Assembly: GCA_028534125.1 (NCBI GenBank)
Contig: CM052817.1
Span: 1,676,001 to 1,740,000 of the forward strand
Direction: 5' to 3'
Length of the DNA: 64,000 bases
DNA from: Lama glama
Lineage: Eukaryota
Below the pieces are notes generated by a model. That model searched no databases. It was given only the letters and a program-made list of their open reading frames with translations, and was not told the origin of the DNA. The first letter of the stretch is position 1. Every line of letters begins with the position of its first letter. Below are positions 12,901 through 27,900 of the stretch, one piece after another. The position numbers and the translations under genes were made by a program.

Positions 12901-15900
12901 TATTGTTAAATTACTTTACAGAAAGGATGTGCCAGTTATGCGCCAAGTAGCGAAGTATGAGAGTATTCACTTGCCACTGGATGAAAACGGACTCAACAGT
13001 GGTCTCTGTGACAGTTACCCCTGCCCTCCCGAGGGACAGAGAAGCAGCGCCTCATTGTTTTAATTCGCTTTTTGTTAGGCTTTCTGTGAAGAGCTGGAGT
13101 CGATGATACAGGAACAGTTTAAGAAGGGGAAGAATCCCACAGGCCTGCTGGCCTTACAGCAGATTGCGGACTTCATGACCGCGAACGTCCCGAACGTCTA
13201 CCCGGCAGCTCCACAGGGAGGGATGGCTGCCTTAAACATGAGTGAGTAGCTCCTGGCTCTGTACGCTGACTGACTGACATCAGGTGTTGGTTCCTGCTTC
13301 TCTGTCTTGCCTGTTCCGTGGATTTCTAGAACGTCTTGGCGGACGCTCACCAGTGTGGTGCTGCCATTACTGTCTCGGGGACACTGAGACTCACGTTTAA
13401 CTTACGAGCTCAGACTTCCGTCTTGGAGTGGAATGGTAGTCAGTAGGTTTTCGTTTTTTTCACGTGGGTTCTAGTGATACATGAATCAGACAATAAAGAA
13501 CAATGTAATGTATTTACTTGGATGTTGTCTTCCAATCAGAGATAAAGAGAACTTCATTTCAATAGTGCCACACCAAACAAGGAAAGGAAGAAAGAAATCT
13601 GACTGGTTTTAATTGTGTCCAGTAGTTTGTTTCTTAAATATAAAATTTTTAATACAAATTTTAACCTTTGTTATAAAATAGAACATATGCAGATGGCACT
13701 GAACAAGTGATATATAACTCAGGAATGGTTTTAAGGTGAACGCCTTTATAACTGTCACCAGGCTGAGAGGGGAGGAGTTACAGTCGCTGCCCCTTGCCCG
13801 ACCCCTCTCTCAGAGGAACCATCGTCTTGACTGGTGTGGTGTTGTGCCTTGCTTTTCTTTGTGGTTCTGTCACCCAAGTGGTCATCCCTAAATATTATGC
13901 TTCCGTGTTTGTCTATTTTACTTAATGTCTCTTAAGCATTTTTAAGGTTACAAGTTGCCCCTCCATTTCTTTTTCTCCTCTCTCTTTAAAGAAAATGGAT
14001 TTGTTGACCTACAGAGTTTTCTAGTCTGGGTTTTGCTGGTTCCCTGTCCGTGGTGCTGACGTGGTCTTTTGTCTTTTGTGTTCGCAGTAGTTGGTAGTTG
14101 GCTCTAGAAGCTTGGCTGTGTTTGGGTTCAGGTTTCGGCAGGCCCTGCTTCGCGGGCGGCACTGCACTTATAGTTGACACAAAGGTGCGTTAGTCTCCTT
14201 GTTTCCCCTTGTGTTGTAGCAGCCGTTGCTGCTCAATGCCCAGGTCTCTCAACTCACGAAAGGTCCCAGGATGGTGCTATTTCAGTTGTTTCTCTTTGTT
14301 CTGTATTTATTAATTAGAATATTTCTGTAAAGAGAAGCTTCCTTGGGAAATGGGACGTGGCCAGAAAGGGGGCCGCCTCCTTCCCTGTCACTCAGCACGT
14401 GCTTGCTGTGAACCTGGTGCTAAACCATCTGCAGGTGACCTGCTTCTTGGTCAGAGCTGCACATGTAGCAGAGCGGCTGCCTCGCTGTGGTCTGCTGAGA
14501 AGCCCTCAACCCACACACGAAAGGAAACTTCCTGTCAGCCAACTCTTGGTTACCCGGTGGTGTGGTCTGTATGCAAAAGGTAGTTCTGTGTAACATGAGA
14601 AGTTGGTTTCCTGTCATCCTTCTAAAGTGACCAGTTACTGTAATTTTCTAGTATTATTTTGAACTCATCGATTTAAATGTATTTAATTGTGTCAGAACGT
14701 TGCAGTTACCCTCTCTGGTGCTGCTCACGCTGTCCCATCTTTGACTGATGGGCGTCTGTCCGGGTTGACTCCTGAGCCCAGTAGTCTTTGGTAGCGTTCA
14801 GGCCATCTCCTGTGAGGATCTGAAATCAGCCATTTCTCTAAGAAACCTTCGTTTCTTTTTGTGAGAAATGAAACTTTAGTCTGGGTGCTAGGAGTGCTCA
14901 TTGCTACTGACTAGTTAGTCTGTCTTTCCAGGCCTTTTTGTTGGATAGAACAAGAAATGCCTCTCACCTTATGATTTGTATACTGTATTGATAATCTAGG
15001 ATTATAATTTAAATTGAGATTCAGTTCTAAGAGGTTTTTACTTGACCTCTTCCATCCAACACTTATGTCTTCCTTTCTTCTACAACAAGTATTCTTGTTC
15101 TCCAGGACACCAAGAATAACAAGATTAGAACAGTACGCAATTACTCACTACTTTTTCCCACATAGCATGCATAATACCAATACTATACCAATAGCATGTT
15201 CTTTCTTCATGTTTTTACATAATTATATCCTGTGTTGTCAGAGCATATAACCATTACGTACTACGGCCTTCCCTTATAACGTTCGTGTAGTGTTATAATT
15301 ACTAACTTAATTCTGTAAAAAATCTGTACTTAATGCTCACCACCGGCCTTGTACCATTGACCCCTAGTCAGTCTGGTTGTCTGAAGCTCCTTTTATAGTG
15401 GATTTCTCAGAAAACACTTGTGGAAGTGACTCTGAGCTCCTGCACCGTGGCCTTTATATGTCGGGTGAATTTGGTTTACTGAGTTTGAGCATAAAGTTGT
15501 CAGCTCACATTTTCTTATTTTGTGTATCTTAAATACATGGTTCATGTTCTCCTGGCCCAAAGCTTTGTCATTAGAATTTGAAGACAGTCTTTCCATTTAG
15601 GTTACTTAATCTCTTTTCCTGGATGCTCACACTGTTTTTCTCTTTCTTTAAAGCCAGCAGTTTTACTGGAATATGTCTTAGTGTCGGTCCTTCTGGGTTG
15701 ATTTTCTCCGATGACAGGCCCTTCCAAATCTTACTTATTTCAGCAGTGTTTTCTTGAATTGGCTTTTAATATGTATTCGGTTCCCTTGCTTCTGCTTCCT
15801 TCTTCTGGGATTCCTGTTACATGCGTGTTGGATTTTCTTTGCCTTCTTTAACTGCACTTTTTCCCAAATCCATTGTATCATTTTCTTCATTTCTTTGTGA

Positions 15901-18900
15901 TTTAAAAAGCTTTTCATTTCCCTTTCTTCTACTTTGAATTTAGTATTTTTACAATTATTTTTTCGTTTGTATCTGATTTCCTTTACATTCCAGCCCACGC
16001 TTCTGAATTTTTCTAATTATATTAACTTTTTTCATATTTTTTATTAGTAGTACCTTCAACTTTCTTGAAATACTAGGTTATAGTTTTCATTTGTTTTGTG
16101 GACATGTCTTTCTTGTGTGCTTCCATTATCTGTAGGAATGTGATTCTGCCCTTTTTTCTTTAAATAATTTTTGTGTGGTACTTGATCATGATGTTTTTCT
16201 GTTCAGTTTTACCGGAAGTTAGTTTTCCTGGAGTAGTCTGGTCCGGAGTCCTGGCTCTAGAGCTCCCTCTGCTGTCCTTTTTGTGCAGTGCTAAAAATAT
16301 GGCAGCTTGTTGAATGAGGTCGGGTTGTGTCCACCTCCCTGGCTTTTATCTGGACCTTTCCTCTCCTTCCCACTTCACCCCGCTCCTCCCCTCCCCTCCC
16401 CTCCCCTTCCCCCCAGAGTCCTGTGCTACGCAGCTTAGGTTCTAATTTACACAGATTTCTTAGTGTGAGCCTTTGTGCCGAAAGACTGTTTCGGGTGGTT
16501 ACTTTAGAGAACTTTCAAGTGTTAAAATGTTGCAGACCTCCTCTTGGTATTGCTGCTATTCTCAGTTTGGTCCTCTGAGTTCTTGGTGGTTCTTTCGGGA
16601 GTCTCAGGTTTGGCAGATGGTCCACAGTTTCCTTCTTCCTCCTGCACGGATGCTGAAACCACTCACTCTGTCTGTGTTCAGACTCCCCCGCAATGTGTTC
16701 AGCTTCATGGGCCGACCTTGTTACCTAGTTCTGTTGCAGATGCATCCCTGGGTTTTCAGCGTTGCTACCCTGATTGCTCTAGTTACTTATTTTCTGCAGG
16801 GTTGGGATAGAGATTATTTAAGGAGATTCAAAAACTGTACTTCCACTGCCACCATCCTCTGAAAAATCTTCTAAAAAGCAATTTGAACAATTAAAGAGAT
16901 GAGGGAGGAGCCAAGATGGAGAAGTGAAGAGTGTCACAGCTCACCCTCTCCCACAACTACACCAAGAATTACATCTACAAACCCACTGCATTGCACAGAA
17001 CTCCTTCTGAGCTCTGGCAGAGTGTCTCTTGTTTCGAAATACAGGAGGATTCTCACGAAATCCGGTAAACAACAAGTTTCTACTCTGTAGCACAGGAAAC
17101 CATATTCAACGTCTTGTAGTAACTTATGGTGAAAGAGAACATGAAAAACGAATTCATGTACGTTCATGTATGACTGAAGCACTGTGCTGCACACCAGAAA
17201 TTGGCACAACATTGTAAACTGACATATACTTCAATAAAAATGTATTTAAAAAAAGAAAGAAAAAATTAAAGAGCTAAAGTAGAGGATTTATATGCTGAAT
17301 CAAGATTATACGTATGTGGTTCTTTGTATTTTCTCTGTACTTTTCTGTATGCGTGAGACAGTTCAGAGTTAAAAGTATCAAATCTAGCAATATATAACAA
17401 GGGTAATTGTGTCGTGACCAGATAGGGTCATGCAGTCAAATACTTTGTTTCTTCCTCTCCAGTGTACACATTTCTGTTTGTTTTCCTCCCTCTTGCCTCC
17501 TAGCGCTGGTCAGAATCCCTAGTACAACATCCAGTGCAAGTGCGAGGGTGTCCATCCCCGCATTGTTCCTGCTCTTGGCCATAAAACGTCTGTCTTTCAT
17601 CATTGTGTTTGGTGGTAGTGGTAGGTTTTTTGTAGATGTCCCTCATCAAGTTGAGGTTATTCCCTTCTGTTCCTAATTTACTGAGAGCTTTTATCCTGAA
17701 CGGATGTTGAGTTTTATGAAATGCTTTTTCTGCATGTTAAGATGATCCCATGGTTTTTCTTCTTTAGTTTGACAAGATTATAGTGATTGGTTTTTGAATT
17801 CTGAACCAACCTTGCATTCTGAGGTTAAGCCCCTAAGTCATGAGGTGTTACTCTTTTTATATTTTGCTGGATTGTTTGCTAAAACTTTGTTAAGTGTTTG
17901 TAGTGTGTGTTCATGGAGGTTATTGGTCTGTTTTTTTTTGTACTGTCGTGTAGTGTAATGTCTGTGTGTGGTTTTGGTATCGGTAACGCTGGGCAGGTAG
18001 ATGAGTTGGAAATTGTTCTGGAAGGACTTGTGTAGAGCTGGCACTACGTCTTCCTTGAATATGCAACAGAATTTACACTGAAGTCATCTGGGCCTGGGTT
18101 TTTTATGGGAATGTTTTTAGCTGCAGATTCAGCGAGTGGCAATGGGGCTGGTTAGGGTGTCTGTTTCTTCTGGAGTGAGCTCTGGTGACTGATGTCTTTC
18201 AAGGACGTTGTCTGTTTCATCTAAGTTCAGGAGTCGCTGGCATGGATGTTCCTGCTACTCCGTTATTACCCTTTTAGTGTCTCTGGGGTGTCAGTGCTAT
18301 CCCTCTCTGCTTCTGGGCACGTTGGCCATTTCTTTCTTTAGTGCATTTTTATGATGAGTCTGGCGAGAGGTATATTCTATTTCATTATTTTATTTTGATG
18401 TTAATATTTTCAAGATTAAACCAGATTTTCTCTATTCTTCTGTTTGATTGCTGTTTTTATCTGTATAGTTTCTTCTTTCTTACTTTGGAACTTTGCTATT
18501 CCTCTTCTAGTCTCAGTAAGGTAGAAACCTAGATCATTTTTTAAAACCCTTCCTTCTAATACGTATTTAATACTATAAATTCCCTTCCAGGTGTTGCTTT
18601 GAGCCACAGCTCACACATTTGCTGTCTTTTTGGTATTGATTTCTCACTTAATTATATTAACGTGCGGGAACATGGTCTTTATGAAATAGTCTTTGATGTT
18701 TTGGAGAATTACCTTATGACCCTTTATGGGATGATTAATATCTCAACCGTTATTTGATTTACATTTGATAAGGAATATTAAATCTCTGAGCCTTGTTTTT
18801 CTTTATTTCAGGTCTCGGTATGGTGACTCCTGTGAATGACCTTAGAGGATCGGATTCTATTGCCTATGACAAAGGGGAGAAGTTACTGCGGTGTAAACTG

Positions 18901-21900
18901 GCGGCCCTTTACCGACTAGCGGATCTCTTTGGATGGTCGCAGCTGATCTACAATCACATCACGGTGAGTACTGAGGTGGCAGGAACTGGACGGCAAATGG
19001 GGCACCGTGTGTCTGGCACCACCGCCTCTTTCCGCTCAGGAGAAGGGGGAGTTTGGCTGAGCGGAAGCAGATCTTGGAACACCTTCCTTTTCACTCCTGA
19101 CTGCAGCATGCAGTAATCTGAAAATCAGCCTGTTTGAATTAAAAACTGAGAGCAGTAGTTCTTTAAAAACCTCCTTTCTTACGTGCTAACCTAATAAATG
19201 TGCTTACCAAATTATAGACAGTTCCTAACATTCTCTTTATGCCTGAAAAGCCAAGAGTGAAAATGTTTTCTTTCTTACTCTGACCAAAGTCGTCTGTGTC
19301 TTATACTTATTTTGTTTCTTCAGCTAATCCAGTTTTCACTACTTTTGAGCATTATCAGGACCTCTGTTTTCTTTGGCTCATTCCTGCAATAAGCTTTACT
19401 CGGTATCTGCTTTAAATACTGACTGCTCTGTACCCAGCGTTGTGCTGATTCTGAGGTTATTTCACCAAAGGGGACGGGCCTTGCCTTGGTGGATCTTCCC
19501 TTCCGCGTCTCGGCCCACCAGCCCGCTTCCTCTCCCTGCGTTGCCCCGCTCGGGTTTCGTGGCCTGTCGTTTCAGTAGCCCTCTGCCAGTAAGGCATCGC
19601 TCCTCCCTGCACCTGAGCAGCCACATCCCGCTGCGGAGGGCTTCACAGCAGAGCCCACTGGCTCTCTCCGCAGAGTCACAGCCTGTCTCAGGTGGATCCC
19701 CAGGACCGCCTGGCCACTGTTGGACGCCTCTTACACGCTCACTGACGCTTCCCTGCTGCCTCTACTTTCTTGGAAACTGCTGACCCCCTCCTCCCGGCAG
19801 ATGACCGTGTCATGTCACAGAGAGAAGGGGGCTCTTTACTGATGTCTGTACCCATTTTATACTCCCGCCACCTCTTAGGTTGTCCTGCCTCTGCCTACAG
19901 GCCAGAGTTGGTTTCCTGGCTTGGGATTCCGTCCCCTCCCGCCTTTTTGGAGTCCTAATGCGTTGTCGTCTTTCTAGCTTTCGCCTCCCCTCCCCTCCTG
20001 TCCCCTCTCCTTTCTTGTAGAGGTGGCCTCTGTCTTTGCACTGCTTCCTTCCTTTGACTTAAAACTCGATACAATCTCTTTTTTTAAGTTAATTAATCTT
20101 ACTGGTTATTTGAAAATATTAATACTGTGTCTGCTGATTGCAGCCAGTGCACCTTGCACAGGTGTCTGAAGAAGCCACGGCCCTGCCGGTGCTCTCAGCC
20201 CCCTGAGATGAGCAGCGTTAACAGCTGCTGAGATGGTTTTACTTTTTCTCCATACTCAGCACACACGTGGGAGGTGCTTTTCACATGTGGACTCTTGACC
20301 AGCGATGCCTCGTTCAGCTCTGTTCTGGACTCCAAGGAAGGTTAACCCTCCGAGGTGGTGGTCTGGAGCCCACCTCTGTGGCAGTGCCCTTCTGCCGTGA
20401 TGGGGATCTCTGCCAGAGACACCCAGTCAGGTGTAGTTGGCGTTCAGAGTGACCTTACGATCTGTGACGTTAGAGTTCCTTCCTTGTACACACAGCAGAG
20501 GCATTAGACGTGGGAAGACACACAGAGCGCCCAGTGCTGGTCCAGCGGGGACGTGTCCTCCTCGCTTTCCATCTTACAGCGGTATTTTGCACTTTGTTCT
20601 TTTTGCTTCAGATTCAGAAAGTTGTACATTTTATGCTTTTTCCATTAAAATATGTGGATCTGTTAAGCTCACTCTTGGAAATATACGTTAAGGAAGTAAG
20701 TCAAAGAGAGAAACGTGATGTATAAATATATTGTAGCATTATGTATCATAATGAAAAAACTTGAGAGTCTTAATATCACATTCACATCCTGCATTTCTGG
20801 TGCTCCCGTGGAGACGCCCAGCTGGGGTGTGCGCCCTGAGGATGGCACCGGGGTGGTCCCTGCCGACGTCTCAGCCCCACATGAGGACGATCCTAGCAGC
20901 AAGAAAGTTTTCTTTATTTCAATAAAGAACAGCAGAATACTGTAGACGGACTTTCTAGCCTGAGGAAGGTAGGAGGGTGTGTAGGCGGCAGCAGAGCAGC
21001 AGCACGTTCTTGCCCGCGGATTGAACAGGAGTGCTTTCTGAAAGCAAAAGCAAGTTGGAGGAGCTGAAAGAAGAATACCGAGAAATAGAAAACTCAGAGA
21101 AGACCAAAATCAAGAAGAAAATAAATCAAGAATATTGATTTCACAAAGCATGTGTGGCACTGGTTGTGCTGTAAGCTTTCCTGTGAGCATTTCAGCAAAA
21201 ATTTGAGAAGATTTACTGTGCAGTCTTACACAGTGAGGCCCCAGTAGCAGCGAACAGCAGTTAGAGTCTAACGTTAGCTGCCAGTGTCTGTTTTCTGGTC
21301 TCGCCCTTCCCTGAAGAGGGGTGTTGGCTGCCCAGCCTGTGGAAGGTTTAAAAGGCAGTATGTCCCTATGAATACGAAAAGTTGTTGGTGGAGTAAAATC
21401 TGAAGCTGAAGAGGAAGAAGAAATGAAATGTTGCTCAGCTCATTAGTCACCAGGAAGTTATAAGTTAAAGCCACAGTGGATACCATTTCACAGACACCAG
21501 ATTTTAATTTTAGAAAAGATGGTTGTGGAGGCACAGAACCGTCATAGGCTACCAGCAGGAGTGTGCATTTAATTAGGCTCTTTGGAGAATAACTTGGCTT
21601 CACCGCCCAGTTTCTTGCCCTAAGGAGCTTGAATATGTGCACTAGGAGACAGGTGCAAAATGTCCATAGCATTGCTTTTAAAAAAAACACTGAAAAATAC
21701 ATGCAGTATGATTCTAATTATATGATGTTTATAAACAGATAAAAGTTAAGCACTATGTTACTTAGGGATGAATATATGTAAGATAAAACTGTAAAGAAAA
21801 GAAAGAAAATGCTTAATGCATAACGCAGGATAGTGGTTACGTCTGGGTTATTGCGAGGGAAGAAACAGCTCCAGAAGAATGAGGTGTTTATTTTGTTTCT

Positions 21901-24900
21901 AAATCTGGTTGAAAGGTAAAAGGGTGTTTGATTTATTATTATACTTAAATTGTGCATATACCTTCTAAATACTTTCTACATGTATGTTTCAAAATAAAAA
22001 CTAAAAACAAGGAAAAGTACTTGACATTTAATTTTCAGCTATTTTCAACCTTATTTTTCTTCATCCTAGTCAGTAAATACACAGAGTAATTCTTTGTTTA
22101 AGTTTTGTTTTGACCCAGTTTGTGAATTGGGGAATTTTGTGTAGTTTTAATTTATATAATTAAAAAGTTCAGCTTACTTTTTAAATAAAAGAACTGGCTT
22201 TAGAAATAAAAATCCTGGCTAACTTACAATTAACGGGGAGAGGTTTGGGGGAAAGGTCGAAACACGTATACTTTTGGAACAACTTGGGACGAGCAGAGAC
22301 CTGGACAACGGGGACTTTCAGAGAATGGGCGTCACAGACGTCGCCTTCCCGCGGCCACCGCGGTGGTAACAGTCGGGAGACGCCATTTGTTGAGAACGTC
22401 ATTGTGAACGTAAGCCCCTTTCATCCCCACTTTGTGGGTAAGGAGACCAGGAGCCTAGGGTCCCCAGAGCAGCACAGTCAGTTCTGGCAGAGCCAGGATT
22501 TTAACTCAGGTCTTCCGTGACTGTGGATCGAGTTACAGTGTGCTTTTGCGTGGAGATGGCTTGGAGGAGACAGAGCAGGGTCAGGTGTCTAAGAACTAAA
22601 CTGGGGAGGGGGTGGTGCAGAGCCTGTTCTGTGCTGTACACTAGAGACAGATTTCTGCTTGTGTGAGAGAGCTTTTTTTCCCTGCAAAAAATAAAAATTT
22701 AAAATTTTGCAAAGGTAAAGACTTTAATTATATGCCTTTACAAGATAACCTTTCACAAAGACAACTCAGCTGTTGGATTTCACACCTAATGAGATAAAGC
22801 AAATACCCAAACTCGAAGGAGAAACGGGAAGCAGTGCAGTGACCGCTCGCTCGCAGCAATGACCAGACCACCCGCAGAGCCAGCAGGAAACCAGCAGACC
22901 TGAACTCCACCAGAACCTCGGGATCCCGTCAGCAGATTCAGGGGAGCTGCACGGCACCAAACCAACGTGCGGAATCTGTGGTATTTGCATTAGTTGCATT
23001 TCCAAACAACTGAAAGAGGAAGAAAACAGCCCCTTTATAATAGCATAAAAACAATAAACAAAGTAGGAATAAATTTAACCAAGGATGCGAAAGATGTCTC
23101 CACTGGAAGCTGTAGAACCTTAATAGAAAACTGAAGGCAGAAATAAAGGGAATCTATGCTTGTGTCTCACACCACTCACATCAGTTCATTCAAGAGAGAT
23201 TAAAGGCCTCATGTAAGACCTCAAGCAGTAAACCTCCCGGAAGGAAGTACAGAGAAAGCTTGTCTGGACATCGATCTTGGAAGTGTTTTTGTTTCGTTTT
23301 CTGTGTGTGTGGGACTGTGTGTGACGCCTAAAGTGCAGACGGCAAGATCAGACGTAAGCGGGAGGGACTCCGTCAGACAGAGCGGCTTCCGCTTCTAGCG
23401 GAGGAGAAGCAGCTGGCAAAATGAAAGGGATCACATGTCAGATAAGGGGTTAATACTGAGATCGTATTTTTTAGAAACAAACATTTCAATGGCAGTTAAT
23501 CAAATTATAATATGGGTAAGGAACTGAATGGGTATTTATTCAAAGGTTTACAAATGACCGATAGGCACGTGACGGGGAAATCAATGTTACAAATCATTGG
23601 GTAATTACAAATCAGAACCACAAGGAGATACCATCTCACACCTGAGAGAACGGCTTTTAACAAAAAGGTAAGAACTAGCAAATGCTCGCCGGGAAAGGAG
23701 ACTGCACTGTTGGTGGCAGTGTAAATCGATGCAGCCACTATGACAAACAGGATGGAGGTTCCTCAGAAAATTAAAAACAGAACTACCATATGAATCAGCA
23801 GTCTTGCTTCTGGGCATGTGTCTGAACAAAACAAAGCCACTATCCTGAATAATCACATCCACTTCATGGCCAGTGACGCTTGTTTACAACAGCCAAGACC
23901 TGGAGACGGCAAGGTCTCTACCAAGATGAGTATAAAGGAAAAGCGATTTTATCGTTCATGCGTATGTGGACATCTCTGTGTGTGTAGATATACACACACA
24001 CACAGATCAAGACATATATACACACAGTCAGCAGTTTACTATTCAACCATAAAAAAAACAGGGAAATTCTCCATTTGCGGCAACATGGATATCCCTTGAA
24101 GGCATTATGCCAAATGAAATAAGTCAGAGAAAGACAAATATTGCATGACCTCATTTATGTGTGGAATCCAAAGAAACAAACACAAATAAATAAACTCATA
24201 ACCCAAAAAGCCACATTTGTGGTTCCAGAGACAGGAGATGAGGGGTGTTACCTAGCCAGACTCGGGCCTGCTCCACCAAGCGCAGCAGAGCCAGGGAAGG
24301 GCGCCTCTCGACGGTCAGGTCTCTCCAGCTTCTCCCTGTTCACTGCTGTGCCCCAGCACCCAGGGTGTCGCAGGCCTCAGCGGCTGTTTGCTGCGTGAAG
24401 AAGTGGGCAGGCCACGGGGGGACGTAGTGAGCGTCCCTGTCACTGCAGCTGTCCAGGCAGGCTCCGTGTGTGTTTCTCTCTGGGCCTCTGCAGAGGAAGT
24501 CACCCTGCTGGTTAGAAAGCTGGACTAAACACCATGAGGCCTTTTCAACAAACAGTGAATTCCACTTACCCAACTCTAGTTAGAATTCTTCTCCCAGTAG
24601 TGTTCCAACCTGATAGCTTTTGAAGTCTTTTAAGTTTATCTAAAAATCATCATAAAAAATCAGACTTAATTTTTGTGAGGGCAGGACCCTTGTCCCCGCT
24701 GTATGGCCAGTGTCCAGCCCAGCTCTGCCGTACGTGTCAGATCTGTCTTGAATGAAGTGTGGAGAGAAGAGTGTACTGTGGAAGACAGAAACAAGCCAGG
24801 GGAGAGGGTGTGGTGTGCAGAGACTTTTATCAGGCAGTAAGGAAGGACTCTCTCTCGGTTGTCATGGTTAATGATTATTCACTGTCTCACAGGGTTTGAG

Positions 24901-27900
24901 TACTTACAAGGAAACTGTCTTGACTTTTAGAAAGTAAGTTTTGACTTTCCATCACTACACACCTGAGGAGGAACTCCTTTTTGCACACGATACTGGTTTG
25001 GTAGCCACCAGACGGCTCTTCATCATAAATAATCTTATAAATTACTTTGAATGTGATCAGGACGCACTTTGTGTACCTGATAGTTACTGCAACATCATGA
25101 TAGGAAGGTTTAAATACCTCTTAGCTTTGTGACAGGCACTGAATTTAAGTGCATTCCTGTGGAGCTCACTTAAGGCTCACAAAAAGTCCCATGAGTTTGT
25201 AACTGAAAGAGATGCAGATAACTGCAGTAGGATTTTGGAGCTGACTCAGTAATTCTCCCCGCAGACCAGAGTGAGCTCTGAGCAGGAACACTTCCTCATC
25301 GTACCGTTTGGACTTCTCTACAGTGAAGTGACTGCATCCAGTTTGGTAAGAATGTCCTTCTCTGCTTGGGCATCTGTGTGTGGGGGTCATATTAGGTAAT
25401 TAAATACTATCTACTCCCACCAGACATACAAAACCCAAGAAAGAGGGGAAAGTCTGTGTTCTGTGTGATTAACTCAGGGGGGAAACCTTTAAAATTAACA
25501 GTTGTAACCAGTTGTAACACTACTGGTTTAAGTAATTTCCAGTTAGGTTAACTTGAAATCCTCTTGAGATTTAGAAATGTTGCTCTCTTATTCCAGGTTA
25601 AAATCAACTTACAAGGAGATGTGGTAGATCGTGGAAGCACCAACCTGGGGGTCAATCAGGCTGGCTTCACGCTGCATTCTGCAATTTACGCTGCACGGCC
25701 GGACGTGAAGTGTGTTGTGCACATCCACACGCCGGCAGGGGCTGCGGTGAGTGCTGCCCTGGACGGGCTTCCGCGTGAAAGCTGTTCCCCGAGCCGCGCT
25801 TCACGCTTCCTCTGAATTGCTCTCTCTTGCTGCGACGAGTCCATAAGCCTCATTTGGTTGAATTAAAAAAAAAATTTTTTTTTGCTCACCATGTTTGACT
25901 TTTTTAGAAGAATATATATGTTTTTAAGGAGCCCATTTACTATCTAATTTTGAAAAGCCTGTCGTAAGTCTGAAAATGTCCTTAAGGCTTAACAGAAAAT
26001 AAAGTGACGGATGGAAGTCAGATTTTGGTGGGTTGAAGACTGTGGGGCGCAGAAGGAAAGCAGGGAGGTGGGAGACATGGCGTGGTGGGTGGAGGGTGCT
26101 CTGGGCTCAGGGAAGGGTTAGTGGGATGCGGGAGACTTGGGCATGCTTGATGGGCTTGGGGAGGGAGCCAGGCGTGCGACGGAGAGGTGGAGGCCTAGAC
26201 ACCAACCTGGCCAGCCTCCCCACAGCGGTCTGCCTGGGGGTGGCGGAACCCGGGCTGCGTCGTGGTTGGGGAGGGCAAGAGGCAGGCAGGGGGAGCAGGG
26301 CACGGACGGTGCGGCTGTGAGGGGGCTTGGCCTCCGAGCCCAGAGCTCGCCGGGGGCCTGCCGTGCTGGCCACCGAGCCGGGCCCTTCCGGTGCAGACAG
26401 GCCGCCCTGAGGCCAGGCCCTCGGTGCAGGTTTGTGGCAGCGGAACACTCTGGAACTGTCTAGAATCGCTTCTTACCACAGCTTGATGCTTGAGTGACTG
26501 TCTGGCTTGTTTGGCAGATGACCTCGTTGATTAAGTAGTACTGAATTTTCATCTGTTTTGGCATTTTAATGTCACAGATCTTGGGTGGTTTGGATGAATG
26601 TTAGGTCTGGTTTGTGTGTTTTGCTTGAAGCTGTGGTCCTTGATGTCAGCATCAGTGTTATTAGGTACATCATTCTCCAGGCGATGTGATTTTTTCCCTA
26701 AAATAATGCGTGCTCTTCCAACCTCAGAGGAGTGTGCCCCCTCCCCGCCAAAAGAAATCCATGTATTTTAAAGAACCATTAGAGGTACCTTTGAGGATAT
26801 GGTTACTACTGTTAGCTAGCATGTAATTTGTTTTAAAATTTATCAACATAACCTTTACTTTATAAGGAAATTTCTCCTTATGGAAAGGCTGATACTTGGA
26901 AAGGAATTAAATATGGTATCGCCTTTTCTGTGGTAGTGCCTTTTTAGGTTAGCTTTTCTGTATAGAATTGTTACATTTACACGTATATTATTTGAATCTC
27001 TAGAGCCTGTTAGTCTAAATGGAAGACCTTTAAAATTAGCCTAGTCTGAAGTCAGTTTGGGGACTTAAGGAAGGCAGTGGGCTGCGTGGACACTTGAAGG
27101 TTTTGCTTAGGTAAGTGCAGAGAAATCGCACAGTGTGGTGGCCCTGCAGCTTTCAGGCATTTGCCTTTACCTGGTTTTCAGGTACGTCCGTCTCACCTAC
27201 AACCTCAGATGAAAAGTGAGCACAGACCTTGCCGCACTTCAGAGACGCCTCATTCAGAGGAAGCCTTTGTCCCTCCTCGCAGTCGGCCAGGGCTCATCTT
27301 ACCATTAAATCCGAGCTCACTTGGCCTTCATGATCAGTGTGGGACAAATCCAGAAAGATGTGAAGTTTCTTTTGAGGCCCTCCTTGACAGTGTGGTGGCT
27401 TTGATTTTCAAATGTAGATTGATAGTGAGCCCAGAAGTGAGGTTTTTCTTGAGTTCATGGTTCATCTAGTTCTGAATAGAGAGCAGGTGAAGGACATTCC
27501 CTCTCATTTCTTCAAGGGGAGAACTCACTGGGTCACCGTCGGCACGTAGCCCCTGACTCGTGGTCACCTGTGGTGTCCCTTTGCTCTCCAGGTCTCTGCG
27601 ATGAAGTGCGGCCTCTTGCCAATCTCCCCGGAGGCACTTTCCCTTGGAGAAGTGGCTTATCATGATTATCACGGGATTCTGGTTGATGAGGAAGAAAAAG
27701 TTTTAATTCAGAAAAATTTGGGGCCTAAAAGCAAGGTCAGTGAGCATCTAATGTGGTATTTACATTTATGGAAGAAAGAAGGAGAACGTGTGCGTCTTGT
27801 TGCCTTGTTGCGTCTTGATGAAGGTCCACAGAGCCTTCACGTTTCCTCCTTCAGGTTCTCATTCTCCGGAACCACGGGCTGGTGTCCGCTGGCGAGAGTG

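Noticed and set aside
22355..22366. Palindrome CCACCGCGGTGG, identical to part of a pBluescript polylinker
   Set aside because: Only 12 bp match and the flanks are not polylinker; not vector contamination
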